Shown in pieces: positions 56,589 through 64,000 of a stretch of 64,000 bases of DNA. The stretch spans positions 1-64,000 of the forward strand of contig JAAPAO010000078.1 of NCBI GenBank assembly GCA_013115145.1, read 5' to 3'. Origin of the DNA: Perkinsus chesapeaki ATCC PRA-425 (taxonomy: Eukaryota; Protista; Perkinsozoa). The translations under genes and the position numbers were made by a program. Every line of letters begins with the position of its first letter. Position 1 is the stretch's first letter. The notes beneath the pieces are model-generated. The model had not been told where the DNA came from. It saw only the letters and a list, made by a program, of their open reading frames with translations, and made no database searches.

Positions 56589-58300
56589 ATGCCGCCGGTT
56601 TGGTTAATCTACTAGGGATTACTTTAATATTAGTTATCAATCTCCATTGTTCTATCGCTCACTGATAATATTGTTAGTATCTAGCACGGCACCTGTCCAG
56701 GTCATGGTATAGTCCCGGATGTTTTGAGATTCATTATCATCCTTGCAATCAGGTCCTATGCTTCCTACAACTCTGTCGGCTATCAAACCATCCAGCAGCC
56801 AGTTGGCTATTCGAAGAAGCTGAGAGACTTCGAGAAGCAGAAGTTAAAAGGCAAAAAGAGACCGAGGAGAAAGAAGCGGTAAATTGATTTAAAATGCCGC
56901 GTGCCGGGTTCGAACCCACGCCATTTTAGTTTGCAGCAGTCAGTGCAGCTGCTCGCGCTACTGCTGACGTAATAGGGCCTCCTGGACCGCCAATCTGTCT
57001 GGACCGCGCGGCCACTATGGCGTTTTTGACAGCAGGTGAGCGTCACTCTGCCAATCGATTGATGTCACTCATGTCGTTTCAGTTCTTCCAACTCTTCCGA
57101 GCAACGTCTATGCGGTAGGCATTGACTCGGGTTCGATCCTCGGCAGAGGTGTTTCTTTTATCAGGTTCTTAGCTCTGGTGTCTACCAAGGCCTTGAAGCT
57201 GGTATAGTTAATAGCAACTTCGATGAGGGTATGAGGAGGGTCCTGCAGAACTATGCCATGGCTACCTCAGTGTAAGACACATATCGCCATTCTCAAAAGT
57301 ACGGGCATTTGAAAATAAAATGCCGTACCTGGGATTCGAACCCGAGATCTCCGTCCCTGTACAAAGGGTGTGGCAAGAATGATGGGTTCTGATGGTAGGT
57401 ACCTGGCTCACCGTAAATCGATGATAAGGGTTCATGGGACTAACGAGTCGGCGTTCCCAAGTAGATCCACTGGAACCAGACGAGCTCCGGCTGCAAAGGG
57501 AAAGAGGAAACGAGCAACAACAGGAAGAGGAGCAGCAGCAGCCAAACAAGCTTCTACTAGCTCTGAGGAGGTATGTGAGAGATAACGGCTGATAATTATA
57601 CCAAATTTCCGTCGAATCTACGGGCATATCCCTGTCCTAGCTGACATTAGTTATACCACAAGTGTTGCCATGATTTCCTGAAGAGCGCGCGTTGTCCTAG
57701 AGTGTGACGTGGGAAGATTTCCTGAGGGAGATTCGAGGCAGATTTCCGAGAGCAATGTCAACACCCTAAAGAGAGTGAAGGGTAGTTATTGCGAAAATAT
57801 TTCAGAACGGTCAAGGTTCGAGCGAGGAGGCCAGCGTTGAGGCTACAACACCTGAATCGGATGAGAGTACTGAGCTATCAAGGCAACCGGTTCGGCAAGC
57901 TAGGAAGAAAAGGGTAACTTTTGACGGAAAAAACGTAAAAACTGTCTCGTTAAGGCGAAGGCGTCTTCATCCTCCGAAGTATCTGATGACGATGCGGCGG
58001 TGCCAAAGAGACGGTCAACTCGCCGGACTCGTGCAGCTGTGAAGGTAAGTAAGGTATTTCTGGACGCTCCTATGCAGCATTTAGACCGAGAGAGGAGCAT
58101 CATCATCTGAAGCTGAGGAGCCAGTTGCTAAGCGTGGTCGAACAAACAGGAGAAAAGGCAAATCAGCTGGCAGCGCGGGGGACAGCTCGGTGGTGAGCGC
58201 TACACAAAGACTAGGGGAGGAACCGACAATGGAAGGCCGAGAACGAGTTGCGCTTGAGATGCTGGTGGAGATTCTACCCCCTACACTTGCACATGAGATG
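56589..58300 (+). CDS. Hypothetical multi-exon charged protein hosting tRNA-derived introns (approximate)
   Basis: VLCFLQLCRLSNHPAASWLFEEAERLREAEVKRQKETEEKEA|FAAVSAAARA...; FFQLFRATSMR|FLALVSTKAL. Confidence 0.5.
56879..56929 (+). other. 51-nt intron, antisense tRNA (Leu-like) 3' end plus oligo-T
   Basis: Reverse complement GGCGTGG-GTTCGAAC-CCGGCACGCGGCA-TTTT; removal gives EKEA|FAAV in frame. Confidence 0.75.
57115..57164 (+). other. 50-nt intron made of a tRNA 3' fragment plus T-rich tract (sense)
   Basis: GTAGGCATTGACTCGG-GTTCGATC-CTCGGCAGAGGTG-TTTCTTTTAT-CAG; removal gives TSMR|FLAL. Confidence 0.75.
57311..57365 (-). pseudogene. tRNA 3'-half fragment, antisense within a probable intron starting at 57272
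   Basis: CCCT-TTGTAC-AGGG-ACGGAGATCTCGG-GTTCGAAT-CCCAGGTACGGCA-TTTTATTTT. Confidence 0.65.
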
Positions 58301-58444
58301 TAACCAGCCAACACACGAGACTTAGTCGTGTTTAACCGTTTGGCCATCAGGTTCAAGACTTTGTCCATCTGGCTTGATGGAGGGTTCGAAGTCTCCACGG
58401 TCACCAGCTTTTTCGAGTAGACCGGAACAGGGAAGTCTGTCATC

Positions 58445-59880
58445 ATGATTTATAATTTTAGGAGGATTATCGGTCATTTAAGGGGCTGCGCTACAGTACC
58501 GATGCCAACTGATGGCGAACAAGATGATATAGATATTCACAAGGAGCACAGTGCCTTATTTGATACTTATACTGAACAGGAGCGTAGGGCGGAGCGAAGC
58601 GTTTCATGTTTACACATTTGCCCTTAGGCACAGTGCTCTTTAATAGGCTGTATGATTTGGACCGTGCCGTTATGGAGGTATGCAATCGGCATCTGACTGA
58701 CCTAATCAGTGGAATACTTCTCAAACGGGAAGGTTCCAAGCAGCGGAAGGTGAGGGACGCTCCTTCCTGATGGGAAAGTATTGGATTCATCTTTCGGTGG
58801 GGAAAATCAAGCGTAAATAAAAGATTCTATGTTCTGCGGTGGCTCATTGTGCGGCGCAATAGTGTACCGCTGTCAATTCTTGTGCCAGGTCATCAGCCAA
58901 GCGCCAAAGGCTGAAGGATGTAGAAGTTATGTTAGCCATTTGTAGGTTGAAAAGATACAATCAGTTTGTACTGGTCATTGTGTTAGATGCTTCCCATGCG
59001 AGAGCGCGGAGGCAGCAGTCTGCAAGGAGAGGCTTCTGAGGACGCCTCCTGGGATAATAAACAACACATGGTTGGGCGTGTCACTTGGTAAGCTGTAATT
59101 CATACCGTATTTCCCTCGCATTCTCGTTCAATAAGGCACAGAGGAGGCACAAGACTTTAAGTATTTCCGTCGAAATCATAACGAGGAGGCTTTGTTCAAT
59201 AATGAGGATCATAAATACGCTACCACTCTCACGGTGAAGTGTGTCTCATTGACGGTAGGCTCTCATGCGCATGCGTGCGCATTTTTCATACCGTATTTTC
59301 GTAGGTTCGTCGTCTAGAGAAGCTCCGAAAGAGGTTGGATGGGATGTCGCAGGAGCAAAAAGAAGCTTATCAGCTTAAAATGCCTGGCGACATCACAAGC
59401 CAGTATATCGAACAAATCATTAATAGGCATGTATCTTATTCCGCTGTGGAATGCATGCTTCAACCCAGTTACGCATCAACAGCTATGGGTCAGAAGATGG
59501 CGGAAGATCTGATGAAGCATCCTGCCAAGTTTTTGCCCCAACTCGTGCGTTCCTCGCCCCACCGAAGATCGGTATCCATTACTTTAGATATCACGATTGA
59601 AAGACACACAGGCGTCGCTGACATCACCTTCAACGGGGCTTATTGCCGCAGCATCTAAGGCATGGCTAAAGGTGGACAAGAGAAGCTTCCTACCTGGCTT
59701 GGACCATAGAAGCTATTATTTCCGAGGGCACTGTAAGACAATGTCGTACTCCTTGATGAGCGGATTTTTATCAGGTCTCAAGAACTCTACAAGTAGAGCC
59801 TTCCTCAGTAATTTACAAGCTAGTGCCCCAATTGGCATAGTCGAGGAGGAAAGAGAATGGGCATCCTGGGGGTAGGCGCT
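58445..59880 (+). CDS. Hypothetical multi-exon protein(s); first exon weakly BART/ARL2-binding-like
   Basis: DIHKEHSALFDTYTEQ exon and a later MSQEQKEAYQLKMPGDITSQYIEQII exon; linkage not resolved. Confidence 0.3.
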
Positions 59881-59899
59881 CTACATTAGCAACAGCAGC

Positions 59900-61330
59900 T
59901 ACTGCAGAGGTGCCTGTGTTAGGCCTCACTGGCTCGCCAGCAGCACCAATGGCCGCTACCCTCTTACGGTCATTGGTGATGATGCTGTGACCTTTGAGGA
60001 CGCCATAAGTGAGGAGACGAATAGTGCAGCTGCGGCAAGTGGTGAGGATACTATTAAGCCGTCACCTGTTCTTTTGTGCATGCCGGATCCTAAGGTACCC
60101 TGTAGGATATATATTGTGTCACAGTCTCGGACAGGTACATGAATTGGCACTCGAAGTGGTTCGGTGTAAAGTTGAAGGAACGTTCTCCGAAGAGCCACCG
60201 GAGGGGGTATCCGCTGGAACAGCCATGGAGGAGCTCGAGAAGGTGACCCTGGACGTTGCGATCGTATGGCATTCTCTCCTAAAGGTTCTTCGACCATTCT
60301 TACCATCTACTGTACTGCCATCAGTTCACAGCTCGTCGACAACTACAATTCAGCAAGGAAATCATACCACTCGTTTGTTTGATGATGTCACCAACGACGC
60401 GGCGGATGCAGCCACTAAGCCTAAACCTGTGTTCCTGACCCAGACTCAGTAGGTGTAGTCGTTGGCAAGCGTCGAGATACATCACTTCCTTCTCTTAGAT
60501 ACTTCCTGCTGCGCTTCTATCATATAGTCTACTCACGCTTGGCCAGAGCTTCCTCGGACATCACTCGTTTACAGAAACAGTACAAGCAACACAAGGAGGG
60601 ACATTTCAGCAATGACGGCGGTCGAGGATGTGATCGAGACGGCCCCGTCTCGGTGCCCGACTCTCCTGAGCAGCCCCCTCCGGGTAAGCCCTTGGTGACT
60701 CTCGTAGCCCACAGTGGGCAGAAATATCTCACGTGGTTGACTAGTTACCGTCTTGTCAGATACGACGCCATCGACAGATAGTATGAACGGTGGGAATGCA
60801 ATAGAACCTGGCAGCAGAGGAATGGACTCCTTAGTATCCCAGATGGCACAGGTCGGAGGTCGTTCACCCTCGGCCTTGTATGAAGTACTACCTCAGATAT
60901 TCTCTTCATCACAGGACTCCGCATCACAGCCAGCGGCGGGCTCCAATAGCACCCCGGCCCCGAGCTTCAATAATATCGTTCGAGAACACTTGGGCTTCAA
61001 TAGAGGTTATTATCTCTATACCATGCCGAAGGTATGCCCAAGCCTCCCACTGCTGCTTCATTTAGCAGTCGTTTCAGGTGCTAGCTCGCATGGCCGATGT
61101 CTTGCATCTTGTCTGTCTGGGTCGAGCCGATATCGTCGTAAAACGGAAAAGCGTCGACTCTGGTGAGCAGCAAAGACCAGATGTAGGAGTTTGATACCTT
61201 CCGCTAGGTGGCCCACGAACACCCAGAAAAGATGCGGTCACCGAACGTATACTGGCATTGAACCAATCGGTGCAAAGTGTCGGTTTGAGCCATGAAACCG
61301 CCAAAGAGCTTGCCTCCCTTGGCCTAGAGT
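59900..61330 (+). CDS. Hypothetical multi-exon protein (approximate)
   Basis: Chained + strand ORFs 60009-60452, 60539-60781 and 60753-61166 with protein-like composition. Confidence 0.35.
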
Positions 61331-62987
61331 GGTAGGCTATCATTGCTATGTCTTAATTAGGGTTTTAACTTAGCTATCGGCACTACAACTACTATGACGC
61401 TGGCCCAGATCCTGAAGGCCTTGGTGGATCTATTATTGCCGCCAGTATTCATAATAATGGATGGTTTGCATGCTGCGAGTTGAAGGCGGTCTGACGTATA
61501 TCTTATTAGAATCGTATTAGAATCAGTTTTCACTGTTAATATTTTACTCCCTCGACTACTTGTACACTTGTTGTTGTTAACCATCCTATCATCAAGTCGG
61601 CTATCTTTTGCTGCTGTTGTTATCATTGTCGCTATACAGGGGCGTACATTGACCAAAGTTATTACCCCAACGTGATGATGATACTAGCACAATATTCCAT
61701 ACGAAATCTACCACCGTTTGTGTTGTCAATGATGATGATGATGATGATGCTGAGTTACCCCTCCCACCGCGCTACGCCCCGACGTCTCCGTCCTCGAGCG
61801 CCCACAGATTCCACCACCACCTCACAGGAGTCCCCTAGGATATTCCTCGACATTTCCGCGCTTTAGCTTTTGGTTCATACAGTATTAGCATACCCCCATT
61901 TATGAAATCTCGACTAATTGTCGTTAATGCGTGTGTGGCTGTCGGACTGAGCGCCGGAGCTTTTATCCGGAGTATCTCTCCTGAGGCTGGCGGATCTCGG
62001 CTTTGTGATTGGATTGCTAAACTCCTGTGTGAATATATCACTCGAGGAGGGAACAATAAACCTGCTGAGGTAAATTAGTTAGAGGCCGAAGAAGTGCCTT
62101 CTTCGTTTGCCGCGCTTATGCATTTGTTTTCAGCTCCCGCTTACTGTCTGGGGGGAGAGGCAATGGGTAAGTAGAGTGGTATCTAAGCTGCTGCCCCCTG
62201 CGTTACTGCCACCACTCTTGACATTCACTCATATCTAGTTCATTCTGCTAAGATTCAAGCCAGCATTGGAGTTGATAAATTCGGCCGTTCAGAGTTGCGT
62301 GAAATAGCACGCTTCTCCAGCGGTGTTCCGGAGGGGAAGTAAGTGAAGAAGCCAGTGGCGAGATAATCACCATCTTCATAATAATGACTCATCTTAGCCT
62401 CGATCATTTGAGCATCATCACCGATGATCCTTTGATGAATAAGTGTCATGAGGGTTCCATCAAGGACTTCTGGAAGGATAAAGACACTATTAAAAAATGC
62501 AAGGAAATGAGGTCCTTGCAGGGCATAATTCTTGATCAAATTTGGGATGGAATTGATGAAGCGGTGGCCAAGCAGTATCAGGTTATGTGTACGTTGGAAA
62601 CTGCTGCTAGGCCGGCCATGGTGAGCTCATGCTTCAATGCCTCCGAATAACTTTGTCGGTATTGTTGTTGCCGCCTATTGCAGGGCATCGCATACCACTT
62701 TAATCTCGCTTGGGACGCAAAGCAAAGGCGGTTTACGCTCAATCAACTCATTGGAGGTGACAGGAATAACAGTATCACTATGTAAGCTCTTGTCATCATC
62801 ATCTCCTTCTCACAGCTTCGGTATAGCAGGCTGCGTCGTCGATGCTATCTGTCGTTTTAGTTTGGTATACATGGTTTCTGCATGAACCACTTTATCGACG
62901 TATTGAACCGATAAGTTATACAAATCGACCAGCCTTCTAGGCACCACGTTCGCGCGTTGACCATCCCCCGATAACTTTGAGTTCAAT

Positions 62988-63548
62988 GTGTTAGACCCCT
63001 CATACCCTACCTCTTACCATCATTCGGGTCTGATCGATATCTCGGAGATGGGTTTGAGCGAGTGTGCTTGGTGTTCACACGATCAGCTTTTGCCCTTTAC
63101 CCCTTGCTGTTTTATCAAGGTGGCTACCACCACCACCATCACAGTATGTTCATCTCTGCATCCTTCTGTTGTCATATCGTCATACCACGTGAATGATATT
63201 CTATTATATTTCAGGCTCAAGTATGGTATCGTCAATATCGATAGACTGCGGCGCATGCTATCTGACTCGAGGAAGGAAACTCTCGGGTATTTCCAAAGAG
63301 GAAATGAAGCCAATCTGCAATCCTTGTGCATAAAGCAAGTCGAACGCTTTGTCGAATATGTTATGGGTGTTAGTGGTGAAACATTGCCAAGTCCAAAGTT
63401 GGCGTACGTTCCGAAGATATTCAGATGGCTGACAAATGGCAAATTTATGATTTATGATAACAATGAGCTGGGGGAAACCTACGAAAGACACGAATATCCG
63501 CCGTTCGCTCGAATCGATTATCAGAGACGAGAACAGCCACCATACTGA
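62988..63548 (+). CDS. Terminal exon(s) of a hypothetical protein
   Basis: After the TTTCAG acceptor near 63214 the frame LKYGIVNIDRLRRMLSD...PPY* looks coding. Confidence 0.4.
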   Translation: MLDPSYPTSYHHSGLIDISEMGLSECAWCSHDQLLPFTPCCFIKVATTTTITVCSSLHPSVVISSYHVNDILLYFRLKYGIVNIDRLRRMLSDSRKETLGYFQRGNEANLQSLCIKQVERFVEYVMGVSGETLPSPKLAYVPKIFRWLTNGKFMIYDNNELGETYERHEYPPFARIDYQRREQPPY

Positions 63549-64000
63549 TAGGTTTAACTTATTGTTGGGTTCATGATGTTTGACATGGAACCTTGTTAAG
63601 ATGTTAAGTCAATCTTGTCGCGTTTTGAGTTTACTTTATTCATCCACTTTTGTCTGACGCTGCCAGCCGTGTTTCTGGCCGTCGAAAAACTAGTTCATTG
63701 AGACGGCAACTAGCATGGGCTGTTACATGTACCTCCTCCTCCTCCTCTTTCTCATCCTTTTGTCATTATTCTCCCGGAAAGCCACGTCGATCTGTCGGAT
63801 GCATTTAAAAGTGTCACCACATCTACTAAATAAAATTGAACACAAACGATGCCAGCTTGGAATGTCCACAGTGTACATGTCCAAAATTATTGGCTGAATG
63901 AAATACTGTAGTTTCCCGACATATGGTGGTTGGTGATCCGAGTGGTAGAGTTCCTCGAGTTCAAGACTAGTAACGCCGGCAGGTCTGGGGAGTAGGTCTC

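Noticed and set aside
27421-57365. Cluster of functional tRNA genes
   Set aside because: None has a complementary 5' acceptor strand or full cloverleaf by eye; all coincide with inferred introns.
27421-57365. Single tRNA-derived SINE family
   Set aside because: The 61-73 segments differ between copies, and there is no shared body or tail; only the 53677 and 54234 copies share a 21-mer.

Overview
Gene-dense, intron-rich eukaryotic DNA, most likely a Perkinsus-type alveolate. That assignment is an inference from 40-100 nt GT-AG introns, tight gene packing, a VKNTF motif, HPR-like repeats and intronless secreted-protein families. 1-5400 is a DIRS-order tyrosine-recombinase retrotransposon (Gag-CCCH, RT/RNase H and a YR ORF missing from the ORF track). 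Housekeeping genes follow in long same-strand blocks: class III ADH, an EF-hand protein, an HPR-like protein, SAPS/PP6R, CHORD, MFS, DBP3, PITP-PH and a PAH-like protein. There are also arrays of intronless secreted proteins, a MITE with target-site duplication and a minisatellite at an assembly gap. The most striking signal is about 15 spliceosomal introns in at least 7 genes built from tRNA-gene fragments of different tRNA types, in both orientations. Ten have the B-box GTTCGANN followed by exactly 13 nt (tRNA 61-73) and an oligo-T run. In sense copies the T-run forms the polypyrimidine tract; in antisense copies it follows the GT donor. Exon boundaries were read by eye, and many gene ends are approximate.
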